A stretch of DNA of 64,000 nucleotides from a virus. The position numbers and the translations under genes were made by a program. Below, piece by piece: positions 52,147-61,238 of the stretch (within the stretch, counting starts at the first letter, position 1; the number at the start of each line of letters is the position of its first letter). Where the stretch lies: the IMG/VR virus record IMGVR_UViG_3300009159_000032; one strand, 5' to 3'. The notes beneath the pieces were generated by a model, which worked only from the letters and a program-made list of their open reading frames with translations, ran no database searches and was not told where the DNA came from.

Positions 52147-53221
52147 TTTAGAATCAGTTGAAACAAGGTACACGGGACAATGGAAGTCTCATGTACCTGC
52201 TCTCTTACGAAAGGCAGGACACAATGTCAACATTATATCAGGTCCTACGGACATTCCTAGTGCTACCACTCCTGGGGCATTTCTCAACTTTGGCGGAACT
52301 AATATCTACAAGGCTAGCCAGGTTGAGCAAATGGGCCGTTTATTTTGTAGTGGATCCGTTCATCCTGGCGACCACTTTATTTTTACTGACGCTTGGCATC
52401 CAGGCATTATAAATTTAAAGTACATGAGTGAGTTATTGGGCATTCCAGTAGTCACACACGGCTTGTGGCATGCCGGATCATATGATCCTCAGGACTTTCT
52501 TGGACGCCTAGTTGGCAATAAACCTTGGGTTAGAAATGCTGAGAAAAGTTTCTATTGTGCGTTTGATCACAACTATTTTGCCACAGAGTTTCATGTACAC
52601 CTGTTTATGAAACAGTTACTCAACGATGGTTATACTGTCGAAAATCCTTGGTGGCATGAAGATTGGCATGAACGATACGACAGTGGCAAAATTGTCAAGA
52701 CTGGTTGGCCTATGGAGTATATGGACAATGCTCTTGTAGAATATAAGAACATGCCCAAACGTGATCTTATCTTATTTCCGCATCGCATTGCTCCAGAGAA
52801 ACAAGTTGAGATCTTCCGCGACTTAAAAGAACAACTGCCACAGTATGAATTTGTAGTGTGTCAGGACCAACAACTAACTAAAAATGAATATCATAATTTG
52901 CTGGGCGAAGCTAAAATTGTTTTTAGTGCTAGCCTACAAGAAACATTAGGTATTGGCTGCTACGAAGGTGCCTTAGTTGATGCTATGCCTATGGTACCTG
53001 ATCGACTAAGCTATAAAGAAATGTACTATGATACATTTAAGTATCCTAGTATTTGGACACAAGATTGGGAAAACTATAATGCATATCGTCCAAACTTATG
53101 TCGACTAATAATTGAACATATGGCAAATTACAAAACTAGAATTCCACAATTACGCAAACAAACAGAAGACTTGTCTAAATATTTCTTTAGTGCAGGTCGT
53201 CTGCTGGAGAATATAAAATGA
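52124..53221 (+). CDS. GT-B (GT4-like) glycosyltransferase
   Basis: HRIAPEKQ and ETLGIGCYE (E-x7-E) motifs. Start MANVFL. Confidence 0.82.
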   Translation: MANVFLVDLESVETRYTGQWKSHVPALLRKAGHNVNIISGPTDIPSATTPGAFLNFGGTNIYKASQVEQMGRLFCSGSVHPGDHFIFTDAWHPGIINLKYMSELLGIPVVTHGLWHAGSYDPQDFLGRLVGNKPWVRNAEKSFYCAFDHNYFATEFHVHLFMKQLLNDGYTVENPWWHEDWHERYDSGKIVKTGWPMEYMDNALVEYKNMPKRDLILFPHRIAPEKQVEIFRDLKEQLPQYEFVVCQDQQLTKNEYHNLLGEAKIVFSASLQETLGIGCYEGALVDAMPMVPDRLSYKEMYYDTFKYPSIWTQDWENYNAYRPNLCRLIIEHMANYKTRIPQLRKQTEDLSKYFFSAGRLLENIK

Positions 53222-54021
53222 GTGATCCTTTTCAATTACCGAAGATTGGTATTATTGGTTTAGGCTTTGTTGGTCAGGCCATTAGAGAAAGTATTGGTGG
53301 CTATAATGTAGTTACAGTTGATAAAGACCCTAGCAAGGGTGCTGATAAATTTGAAGATTTATTTGACTGCGAAGGAATTTTTATCTGTGTACCTAGTCCG
53401 CAAGCAGATGACGGTACTTGCGACACATCAATCTTGGAAGATGTCTTAGAAAAACTACAAGAATTTAAAGGTGTCATTATTAGTAAATGCACAGCACCGC
53501 CAGATGTTTACAAACGATTAAATGATCTTTATCCAAATCTTGTTCATGCTCCGGAGTTTTTAACTGCTGCTAATGCCAAGCGTGATTATATAAATGGTAA
53601 ATTTGCGTTTATTGGTGGAAATGTTCTTGCTTATCAACACGAAGCAGAACGCATGATTAGAATCACACAGCACAGTCTTAATAAAGTTATATATTGCACA
53701 ATCAGTGAAGCTGCATTGGCCAAATACACTATCAATAGTTTCTTAGCTACTAAGGTAACTTTTATGAATGAAATTTACATGCTGGCACAAAATCTAGGAC
53801 TTAACTATAACAAAGTTGCAGAGATGGTTGTTTGCGATGATCGTATAGGCAAGAGTCACATGCAGGTTCCCGGTACTGACGGAGTGTTTGGTTTTGGTGG
53901 AATGTGTTTTCCTAAAGACACAGCCGCACTGATCAAATTTGCAGAACAAGCCGGCGTACACGTTAATGTTGTTGATGCCGCAGTAAAGAAAAATACTTTA
54001 CTTCGCTTGACAAAAACCTAA
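53218..54021 (+). CDS. UDP-glucose/GDP-mannose dehydrogenase-family protein (short, lacks C-terminal domain)
   Basis: IGLGFVG, FICVPSP, APEFL, AKYTINSFLATKVTFMNEI, GFGGMCFPKD. Confidence 0.88.
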   Translation: MSDPFQLPKIGIIGLGFVGQAIRESIGGYNVVTVDKDPSKGADKFEDLFDCEGIFICVPSPQADDGTCDTSILEDVLEKLQEFKGVIISKCTAPPDVYKRLNDLYPNLVHAPEFLTAANAKRDYINGKFAFIGGNVLAYQHEAERMIRITQHSLNKVIYCTISEAALAKYTINSFLATKVTFMNEIYMLAQNLGLNYNKVAEMVVCDDRIGKSHMQVPGTDGVFGFGGMCFPKDTAALIKFAEQAGVHVNVVDAAVKKNTLLRLTKT

Positions 54022-54035
54022 ATAAACTATACAAT
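54007..54035 (+). promoter_or_regulatory. sigma70-type promoter with embedded TAAATA
   Basis: TTGACA-17-TACAAT, with TAAATA at 54019-54024. Confidence 0.8.
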
Positions 54036-54079
54036 AAACAAATGGCAATCCTCTGCCTTAACATCGGAGAATAATAAAA

Positions 54080-54859
54080 ATGGTATATCAAAATGCGTAC
54101 GAAAGTCACGACGAGGAACCTAGTGACAAAAAAGAATCAATTTTAGATATTGATGAAAAAGGTTACGAAGTAGGTTACTTAGGTAATGCTATTCGTGCAA
54201 AAATGAAACGTGATAAAAAACGTTTCTGGGCAGGCGACAACGTAAGTGAATATCTTATGCCTGGCGATAAAGAAATGCTAATTGACGATGCTACAGAAGC
54301 ATTTGAAAGTGTATTAGATGCACTGTTGATTGATCGTGAGAATGATCCTAACAGCAAGGGTACAGCACGTAGGCTTGCTAAAATGTATTTTAACGAGATA
54401 ATGGCAGGAAGATATGAACCAGCACCAGACGCAACAGCATTTCCAAATGATTCAGCAGACAGATACGAAGGTATGTTGGTTGTGCGTAGCGAACTACGTA
54501 GTATGTGCAGTCATCATCATCAACCTGTTAGTGGAGTGGCATACATTGGAATTATTGCGGCAGAAAAACTTATCGGCTTGTCCAAGTATACACGCATTGC
54601 CCAATGGTGTGCTCGTCGAGGAACATTACAGGAAGAATTGTGTATTGACATAACCAACAAGATTATGGCTGCAACTGGTAGCAAGGACGTAGGTGTGTAC
54701 ATTCAAGCAGTGCATGGATGCTGTGAGAATCGTGGCATTATGGCACATAGTAGTTTGACTCAGACTACTGTACTTAGAGGTGCATTTAAAGATGACCCTA
54801 ACACTAAAAAAGAATTCATGGACAATGTTAAACTACAGCAAGAATTTGCGCCTCGATGA
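54080..54859 (+). CDS. folE: GTP cyclohydrolase I
   Basis: SMCSHHHQP, GLSKYTR, QEEL, HGCCENRG, TTVLRGAF. Confidence 0.95.
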   Translation: MVYQNAYESHDEEPSDKKESILDIDEKGYEVGYLGNAIRAKMKRDKKRFWAGDNVSEYLMPGDKEMLIDDATEAFESVLDALLIDRENDPNSKGTARRLAKMYFNEIMAGRYEPAPDATAFPNDSADRYEGMLVVRSELRSMCSHHHQPVSGVAYIGIIAAEKLIGLSKYTRIAQWCARRGTLQEELCIDITNKIMAATGSKDVGVYIQAVHGCCENRGIMAHSSLTQTTVLRGAFKDDPNTKKEFMDNVKLQQEFAPR

Positions 54860-55002
54860 AATACATCACTAACATTACAGGGGAGATTAAACTTCCCTGG
54901 GAACCTGGACTTTTAGAATGGTTGCAGGAACAATATCCTTATTCAAAATATCGCGTAGTGGAAGAACATCAAGATGAAGAAATTTCTCAATTGGTTGGAT
55001 AA
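54856..55002 (+). CDS. 48-aa hypothetical protein missing from the ORF track (MKYITNITGEIKLPWEPGLLEWLQEQYPYSKY...)
   Basis: ATGA overlap with the folE stop. Fills the gap before the cupin. Confidence 0.65.
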   Translation: MKYITNITGEIKLPWEPGLLEWLQEQYPYSKYRVVEEHQDEEISQLVG

Positions 55003-55435
55003 GTTAGGTCGCAAACGTATTGTTATGGATCGTATTAATAACGAACCATATTTAGAACGTTATTATCTATTCCTTAAAGATCGCAAACGTTTTCCGTTTA
55101 ATGTGTTCCTACATAAATTTTTAAAGAGTGATCCAGATGATGTACATGATCATCCATGGCCGTATGCCACACTAATTTTAAAAGGCGGATACTATGAATG
55201 GATTCCCCAGTTTGATACAGATGGCAAGAAGTTTGGAGAAATAGCTCATTGGCGTGGCCCTGGACATTTTCGCATTTGCAAAGAAAACAGCTACCATCGC
55301 ATTGAACTTGATCCCAGCGTAACTGCATGGACATTGTTTATGCCAGGACCACAACGTAGAGAATGGGGATTCCTTGTTAACAATAAGTGGATCCATAACG
55401 AAACATACTTAACAGAAAGAGCAAAAAATGGATGA
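54974..55435 (+). CDS. cupin-fold protein
   Basis: HDHPW...ILKGGYYE...YHRI...WTLF metal-binding cupin pattern. Confidence 0.75.
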   Translation: MKKFLNWLDKLGRKRIVMDRINNEPYLERYYLFLKDRKRFPFNVFLHKFLKSDPDDVHDHPWPYATLILKGGYYEWIPQFDTDGKKFGEIAHWRGPGHFRICKENSYHRIELDPSVTAWTLFMPGPQRREWGFLVNNKWIHNETYLTERAKNG

Positions 55436-55718
55436 TAAAGTAAACGAAATTCTTCATATTCTACAAGAAGAATGTGCAGAAGTTACGCAGGCAATTAGTA
55501 AATGTTTTCGATTTGGTTTAGATAATGCTAAACCTGGAAAGCCATTAACTAATGTAGAGCATCTAGAAGGTGAAATTGGGGATTTACTTGCAATGGTAGA
55601 TCTGTTAAAATATTATAATGTTGTCAGTGAAGAAGGCCTAAATACTGCCAAACAAGCAAAAATTGAAAAATTAAAAATGTGGTCTAACATTTACGAAGGT
55701 GGAACAGATGGTATATAA
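55428..55718 (+). CDS. MazG-like nucleotide pyrophosphohydrolase
   Basis: LQEECAEVTQAISK...LEGEIGDLLAM. Confidence 0.8.
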   Translation: MDDKVNEILHILQEECAEVTQAISKCFRFGLDNAKPGKPLTNVEHLEGEIGDLLAMVDLLKYYNVVSEEGLNTAKQAKIEKLKMWSNIYEGGTDGI

Positions 55719-55935
55719 AACAGTTTACACAGAAGTGGAAGTAGATGTAGATATCGGTGATTTTGATACTGATGATCTATTAGAAGAATTAGAACAACGT
55801 GGTTCATTACCACCAGAAGGCGATACCAATGCCAAAGAACTAGTTGAACAGATGTACTACTTACACCGCCAAGGACAAGACTGTACACATCTGTTAGATC
55901 GTCTGTTCTATTCTGTATTAGGAAAAATAGTATGA
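55708..55935 (+). CDS. hypothetical acidic protein
   Basis: Coupled ORF containing VEVDVDIGDFDTDDLLEELE. Confidence 0.65.
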   Translation: MVYKTVYTEVEVDVDIGDFDTDDLLEELEQRGSLPPEGDTNAKELVEQMYYLHRQGQDCTHLLDRLFYSVLGKIV

Positions 55936-56780
55936 GCAAAATTAAAATAGCAGAATTATTTTACAGTATTCAAGGTGAAGGAAGGTACATGGGTGTACCT
56001 TCCGTGTTCTTACGCACGTTTGGTTGCAATTTTAAATGTCAAGGTTTCGGCATGCCTAGGGGAGAACTAAGCAATGAAGCAGATGAGTTAGGTAGTCTTG
56101 CTCATATGTTTAACAAGTATGAAGAGCTACCGCTAGTTAGCACAGGCTGTGATAGCTATGCTAGTTGGCATCCAGACTTTAAAGAACTTAGTCCAATGCT
56201 TACCAGCGAAGCAATCGCAGATCGTATTATGGAAATTCTCCCACACGGCGAATGGCAAGATGAACATCTTGTTATTACAGGTGGTGAGCCATTACTAGGG
56301 TGGCAACGTGCTTATCCAGAGTTGTTAGAGCATCCTAAGATGGCGGGCTTAAAAGAGATCACATTTGAAACAAACGGTACTCAAAAACTAACTGAAGAAT
56401 TTAAACATTACCTAGGTGAGTGGACTGCTGAACATTGGGATAGAGAAATTACATTCTCAGTAAGTGCTAAACTGCCAGCCAGTGGTGAGAAGTGGGAAGA
56501 AGCTATTTGTCCGGAAGTAGTGTGCGAGTATGAAAAACGTGGCACTGCGTATCTTAAATTAGTTGTATCTACGGCAGATGATATTTTAGATGCAGAACGT
56601 GCTGTTAAACAATTTAAAGATGCAGGATTTAAAGGACACATTTATCTGATGCCTGTCGGTGGTGTGGAAAGTGTTTATACGCTAAATGCAAAGAATGTAG
56701 CATTAGCCGCTATGAATCGTGGATGGCGATACAGTGATAGACTACAGGTGCCGTTGTTTAAGAATGAGTGGGGAACCTAA
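55932..56780 (+). CDS. queE: 7-carboxy-7-deazaguanine synthase (radical SAM)
   Basis: ELFYSIQGEG...SVFLRTFGCNFKC...CD, VITGGEPLL, ETNGT, LMPVGG, SDRLQ. Confidence 0.92.
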   Translation: MSKIKIAELFYSIQGEGRYMGVPSVFLRTFGCNFKCQGFGMPRGELSNEADELGSLAHMFNKYEELPLVSTGCDSYASWHPDFKELSPMLTSEAIADRIMEILPHGEWQDEHLVITGGEPLLGWQRAYPELLEHPKMAGLKEITFETNGTQKLTEEFKHYLGEWTAEHWDREITFSVSAKLPASGEKWEEAICPEVVCEYEKRGTAYLKLVVSTADDILDAERAVKQFKDAGFKGHIYLMPVGGVESVYTLNAKNVALAAMNRGWRYSDRLQVPLFKNEWGT

Positions 56781-56986
56781 TGGAAACTAAAAAACGAACT
56801 GTGGTAAGGATGCTTACTTATCGGTTAACTGCATGGCTATTTACAATCTTTTGGACGTGGCTATTCACTGGCAATATCGCCAGTGCTACAGGGTTTGCTA
56901 CAGCATTACACATTCTTTTGAGTGTCGATTATTACATACATGAACGTATTTGGCTTAAGATTAAATGGGGCAGAATTGATGCGTAA
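56780..56986 (+). CDS. small membrane protein (DUF2061-like)
   Basis: ETKKRT....TYR...YYIHERIWLKIKWG. Confidence 0.7.
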   Translation: METKKRTVVRMLTYRLTAWLFTIFWTWLFTGNIASATGFATALHILLSVDYYIHERIWLKIKWGRIDA

Positions 56987-57164
56987 TGTTAACTATTGTC
57001 ATTTTGATGATAGATACGCATCGTCTTGGACTTTGAGATTTAAAAGAATTTATGTTTCACTGCGTCGAGATAAGGTAGCAAAGACCTGGCATTTTTACAT
57101 TAAGCAGATAACTGATCTAGATATACTAGGTCTATACCACGAAGTAAATTGGAAAATTAAATGA
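56979..57164 (+). CDS. hypothetical protein
   Basis: Short coupled ORF. Confidence 0.55.
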   Translation: MRNVNYCHFDDRYASSWTLRFKRIYVSLRRDKVAKTWHFYIKQITDLDILGLYHEVNWKIK

Positions 57165-57589
57165 TTAGAAATTTTATTAAAAAATTAATCGGTTTGGATA
57201 AAATTGAAGCCGAAGTTGCCGAAGCTACAAAAAGAAAAGTCGAAGCTGAAATCGAAGCTACCGCTGCCGTAGAGGGGGCAAGACTTGCAAAACTATCTCC
57301 AAAGGAACGTGCTACTGAAGCTAAGGAACCTTGGGTAGAAGTTTTGGACACTCATGTTAATAAAGAAAATGTTCGTAACGGATTCTTCGAACTTGACTGG
57401 AATGAATATTTTGTGCTACAATTACGTAGCAATGGTTATCAAGGTGATACCGATGAATCCATTGTTGATCAATGGTTCCAAGATCTTTGCAGAAATATCG
57501 GTGCCGAGGCCGGTGTTGATATGGAACGTAGAGGTAGTGGATTTGTTAACAGAGCGTTACGAGATGACGGAAAAACTGAGATAGGTTAA
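57161..57589 (+). CDS. hypothetical protein
   Basis: 142 aa coupled ORF. Confidence 0.8.
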   Translation: MIRNFIKKLIGLDKIEAEVAEATKRKVEAEIEATAAVEGARLAKLSPKERATEAKEPWVEVLDTHVNKENVRNGFFELDWNEYFVLQLRSNGYQGDTDESIVDQWFQDLCRNIGAEAGVDMERRGSGFVNRALRDDGKTEIG

Positions 57590-58575
57590 TGACATATATT
57601 CTAGTAGATACTGCTAATACATTTTTTAGAGCACGGCATGTTACTCGTGGAGACCTTAACGACAAGGTTGGTATGAGTATACATGTCATTCTTAATTCAG
57701 TTCGCAAGGCATGGAAAGACTTTAACGGCAGTCACGTTATTTTCTGCTTAGAAGGTCGCAGTTGGCGGAAGGATCATTATGCTCCGTACAAGAGAAACCG
57801 CACCGACGCTCGGGCTCTGCAAAGTCCTCGCGAGGCTGAAGAGGATCGCGTGTTTTGGGAAACATTTGATAAGTTCAAAGATTTTGTTACAGAAAAAACT
57901 AACTGTACAGTATTACAACATCCGCAATTAGAAGCAGATGATTTGATCGCTGGTTGGATACAAGCACATCCAAATGATGATCATGTTATTATTTCGACAG
58001 ACGGCGATTTTGCACAATTGATTGCTCCTAACGTTAAACAGTATAACGGTGTAATGGGCATCACAACTACGCACGAAGGATACTTCGATGACAAAAATAA
58101 ACCTGTCACTGATAAGAAAACTAAACAAGTCAAAGGGGCGCCGGATCCAGAATGGTTACTATTTGAGAAGTGTATGCGTGGAGACACCTCCGACAACATC
58201 TTTAGTGCTTATCCGGGAGTACGTGAGAAAGGCACAAAGAATAAAATTGGTCTCCGTGAAGCATTTGCCGATAGAAAAACCAAAGGATATTCTTGGAACA
58301 ATATGATGCTCCAGCGTTGGGCCGACCACGAAGGTGTCGAACATCGTGTATTAGACGACTACGAAAGAAATCGATTACTGTGCGATCTTACTGCACAACC
58401 AGAAGAGATTCGAAATATTATTAAAGAAACAATTAATGCATCAACTACTAGCAATAAAAATGTTAGTCAGGTTGGTATTAGACTACTGAAATTTTGTGCG
58501 GCTTATGACCTTATTAAGGTCAGTGAGCAGGTACAAAGTTACGCCGACCCACTTAATGCAAGGTATATATTATGA
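57589..58575 (+). CDS. 5'-3' exonuclease / T4 RNase H-like
   Basis: LVDTAN, YKRNR, LEADDLI, STDGDFAQL, GDTSDNI. Confidence 0.93.
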   Translation: MTYILVDTANTFFRARHVTRGDLNDKVGMSIHVILNSVRKAWKDFNGSHVIFCLEGRSWRKDHYAPYKRNRTDARALQSPREAEEDRVFWETFDKFKDFVTEKTNCTVLQHPQLEADDLIAGWIQAHPNDDHVIISTDGDFAQLIAPNVKQYNGVMGITTTHEGYFDDKNKPVTDKKTKQVKGAPDPEWLLFEKCMRGDTSDNIFSAYPGVREKGTKNKIGLREAFADRKTKGYSWNNMMLQRWADHEGVEHRVLDDYERNRLLCDLTAQPEEIRNIIKETINASTTSNKNVSQVGIRLLKFCAAYDLIKVSEQVQSYADPLNARYIL

Positions 58576-59060
58576 CTACAACAGCAAAAGTATTAATTCC
58601 AAATAAAAGTTGGTTATTAGAAGACAATGGTTTAAAAATTGGAACACTAAGTAAAGAACGAAGCTCGTATTCTATCATTAAAAATGGTCAAAAAATTCCA
58701 GTTGGCACAGTCAAAGATGTTAAAGAAAAATTAGGAATTGTTTTTAACGATTCAAATGTTAAATCTGAAAAAGTAGTAACTAAAGAATATAGTGTCTATG
58801 ATTTTCCGTGTGGATCTAAACCTTACGGATCAGTTTATAATATTCGAAAAAAACTTCCTATCTATGCTAAGAGCTCAAAAAGCAAAAGTCAATATTGTGC
58901 AGGTTTTTATGTAATTAAATTCCGTAAAGGTTGGGTTAAAAGTTTCTGTCCTAAACTAATTACACTAGAACGGTATCCATTTCATGGACCGTTTAAAAGC
59001 GAAAGCGAAATGAAACAGATGCTTACTGTACTAGGTAGAAAAGATAATGAAACAAATTAA
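58572..59060 (+). CDS. hypothetical protein
   Basis: 162 aa coupled ORF. Confidence 0.75.
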   Translation: MTTTAKVLIPNKSWLLEDNGLKIGTLSKERSSYSIIKNGQKIPVGTVKDVKEKLGIVFNDSNVKSEKVVTKEYSVYDFPCGSKPYGSVYNIRKKLPIYAKSSKSKSQYCAGFYVIKFRKGWVKSFCPKLITLERYPFHGPFKSESEMKQMLTVLGRKDNETN

Positions 59061-59286
59061 CACATTACCAATTGAAATATACCTAGAAAAGGCTCGAATT
59101 GCAAATAAATCTGGTCAGAAAACTCTAGTTCTTGACATTAAAGATGCCGTGGCTCTTTCAGATAGCCTAGCGGTAGTAATGACTAGATTAACTGGACAGT
59201 TAGAAGAACTTATAGTGCAGTCACAACGAACACAACCCCAGGAAGAAGTTATCCAGGTCAGTATGGACGGGGGCGGATTTAGGTAA
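59047..59286 (+). CDS. hypothetical protein
   Basis: 79 aa overlapping ORF. Confidence 0.7.
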   Translation: MKQINTLPIEIYLEKARIANKSGQKTLVLDIKDAVALSDSLAVVMTRLTGQLEELIVQSQRTQPQEEVIQVSMDGGGFR

Positions 59287-59290
59287 TTTT

Positions 59291-59329
59291 TAAATAAATA
59301 AATGCGTATATTTCTGGAACATACGCATT
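59291..59329 (+). promoter_or_regulatory. late promoter(s) TAAATA plus RBS-occluding hairpin
   Basis: TAAATAAATA at 59291-59300 and aatgcgtat/atacgcatt 9-bp stem ending at the ATG. Confidence 0.6.
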
Positions 59330-59629
59330 ATGAGTCGACCAAAACCAAACATATTATTAGAAGTAACGAACAAGAAAAATTACAAGACAGAACAGGTTTT
59401 GGAAGCAGATGCCATTTGGGCAGTTTTTTACAAAGACAAACCTGTTAATCTCAAAACCACCAGTATTGTAGCTCAGGATCTTGGACCAAAATATAAAAAA
59501 GTCAGTTTTTCAAACGCAGGACATGCTTTTAATCTTGCAGAAAAATTAAACAAACTTTTTAACTGTGAAGATTTTTCTGTATATAAATTAACCACAGGTC
59601 AAAAACTTAAAGATGAATCAGAAGGATGA
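59330..59629 (+). CDS. hypothetical protein
   Basis: 99 aa basic ORF (MSRPKP...). Confidence 0.8.
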   Translation: MSRPKPNILLEVTNKKNYKTEQVLEADAIWAVFYKDKPVNLKTTSIVAQDLGPKYKKVSFSNAGHAFNLAEKLNKLFNCEDFSVYKLTTGQKLKDESEG

Positions 59630-60008
59630 AATCACCAAGTATGTAATGACCCATTTGGGCTTGCCTATTGATGATAAAACTTTTAAACGAGCTACATTTG
59701 CTTGGTGGCAAAATCCAAGAAAAAAATCAAGTGGCGGATTTCGATTATCTGATAAAGGATATGAATTCCTAAAAAGAGCAGATATCAAAGACTACGAAAT
59801 TAAATTACCCAAAGACACAGAATTTACTAGTCAATTGATAATTTGGTTAGACAAGTTTATTGATTGCCCATTTTACATTACTAAAAAATCTATTTTTGTC
59901 TTTGGAGAAAGAATGGCTGTGCAATTAATCCTATTTTCTGGAGACCTTAAAAAATACGGTTGGAGTAGGGCAAGAAGTGTTGCAAAATCACAACTTGACG
60001 AGATCTAA
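59613..60008 (+). CDS. hypothetical protein
   Basis: 131 aa overlapping ORF. Confidence 0.75.
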   Translation: MNQKDEITKYVMTHLGLPIDDKTFKRATFAWWQNPRKKSSGGFRLSDKGYEFLKRADIKDYEIKLPKDTEFTSQLIIWLDKFIDCPFYITKKSIFVFGERMAVQLILFSGDLKKYGWSRARSVAKSQLDEI

Positions 60009-60023
60009 GAAAGAGCATATAAT
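59995..60023 (+). promoter_or_regulatory. sigma70-type promoter
   Basis: TTGACG-17-TATAAT. Confidence 0.85.
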
Positions 60024-60075
60024 TTATGCATACGTTAAAAAACGTATCAAAATTCAACTCAACAAAGGTTTTAAA

Positions 60076-61158
60076 ATGGCAGAAAAAATCAGCGGTAACC
60101 GCACTGTTACTCCTAATGAAGCTAAAAAAAGCATTCGTAAATGTGTAAAAATTAAACGCCCTGTATTCTTGTGGGGGCCTCCAGGTATTGGCAAATCCGA
60201 TATTGTTAAACAAATTGGTGACGAACAAGATCGCGAAGTTATTGACGTTCGTTTGTCACTTTGGGAACCTACTGATATTAAAGGTATTCCATATTTTGAC
60301 TCAAATGCAAACACCATGACTTGGGCACCTCCTGCAGAATTGCCTACTGATCCAGAGTCTACTGCTATTCTGTTCCTAGATGAATTGAATTCTGCGGCTC
60401 CTGCTACACAGGCAGCGGCTTTCCAATTAGTGCTTAACCGTCGTGTTGGCACTTATGTACTACCAAAAGGTGTTAGTATTATTGCCGCCGGTAACCGTGA
60501 AACTGACAAGGGTGTTACTTATCGTATGCCTGCTCCGTTGGCTAATCGTTTCCTGCACTTGGAATTGCGTACCGACTTTGACGACTGGTTGATGTGGGCT
60601 ACTAAAAATAAATTGCATGAACAGGTTGTTGGTTACTGCTCTTTTGCCAAACAAGACTTGTACGACTTTGATCCAAAGAGTGCAAGCAAGGCATTTGCTA
60701 CTCCCCGTTCTTGGTCATTTGTTAGCGAGTTGTTAATAGATGATGACTTGGACGAAGGTACACTGACTGATTTGGTGTCAGGTGCTATTGGCGAAGGTTT
60801 GGCAGTTAAGTTTATGGCACACCGTAAAGTTGCTAAACAAATGCCCAAGCCTGAGGATATTTTGAGTGGTAAAATTGATAAAATTTCTATCAAAGAAATC
60901 TCAGCTATGTACTCTTTGACTACTTCTTTGAGCTACGAGCTTCAAGAAGCAGATCGTAAGAAAGCCAAAGATTGGGACAAAATGGCTGATAACTTCTTCA
61001 AATTCATGATGGATAATTTCCCAACTGAATTGGTTGTTATGGGTGCCAAGGTTGCACTTACAAACTATCAACTGCCATTTGATTCCAGCAAAATGGATCA
61101 CTTTGACAAATTCCATGACAAGTACGGCAAGTACATTATCACTGCAATGGAACAGTAA
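60076..61158 (+). CDS. MoxR-like AAA+ ATPase
   Basis: GPPGIGKS, LFLDELNSA, AAGNR, PLANRF. Start MAEKIS lies downstream of the promoter. Confidence 0.9.
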   Translation: MAEKISGNRTVTPNEAKKSIRKCVKIKRPVFLWGPPGIGKSDIVKQIGDEQDREVIDVRLSLWEPTDIKGIPYFDSNANTMTWAPPAELPTDPESTAILFLDELNSAAPATQAAAFQLVLNRRVGTYVLPKGVSIIAAGNRETDKGVTYRMPAPLANRFLHLELRTDFDDWLMWATKNKLHEQVVGYCSFAKQDLYDFDPKSASKAFATPRSWSFVSELLIDDDLDEGTLTDLVSGAIGEGLAVKFMAHRKVAKQMPKPEDILSGKIDKISIKEISAMYSLTTSLSYELQEADRKKAKDWDKMADNFFKFMMDNFPTELVVMGAKVALTNYQLPFDSSKMDHFDKFHDKYGKYIITAMEQ

Positions 61159-61162
61159 AATT

Positions 61163-61182
61163 GGCCCGCAAGGGCCTTTTTT
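61163..61182 (+). terminator. intrinsic terminator
   Basis: ggccc-GCAA-gggcc followed by T6. Confidence 0.85.
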
Positions 61183-61184
61183 AC

Positions 61185-61213
61185 TTGACTTTAGAGTATT
61201 TTGAATATATAAT
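61185..61213 (+). promoter_or_regulatory. sigma70-type promoter
   Basis: TTGACT-17-TATAAT immediately after the terminator. Confidence 0.85.
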
Positions 61214-61238
61214 AATACATCAACAGCAAAGGATTACT

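Noticed and set aside
59977-61238. Longer ORF-track starts at 59977 and 61161 (also 40740, 42658, 26872, 29114, 1616)
   Set aside because: They lie upstream of or across clear promoters or terminators, or deep inside neighbouring genes. Downstream starts have an SD or stop-start coupling.
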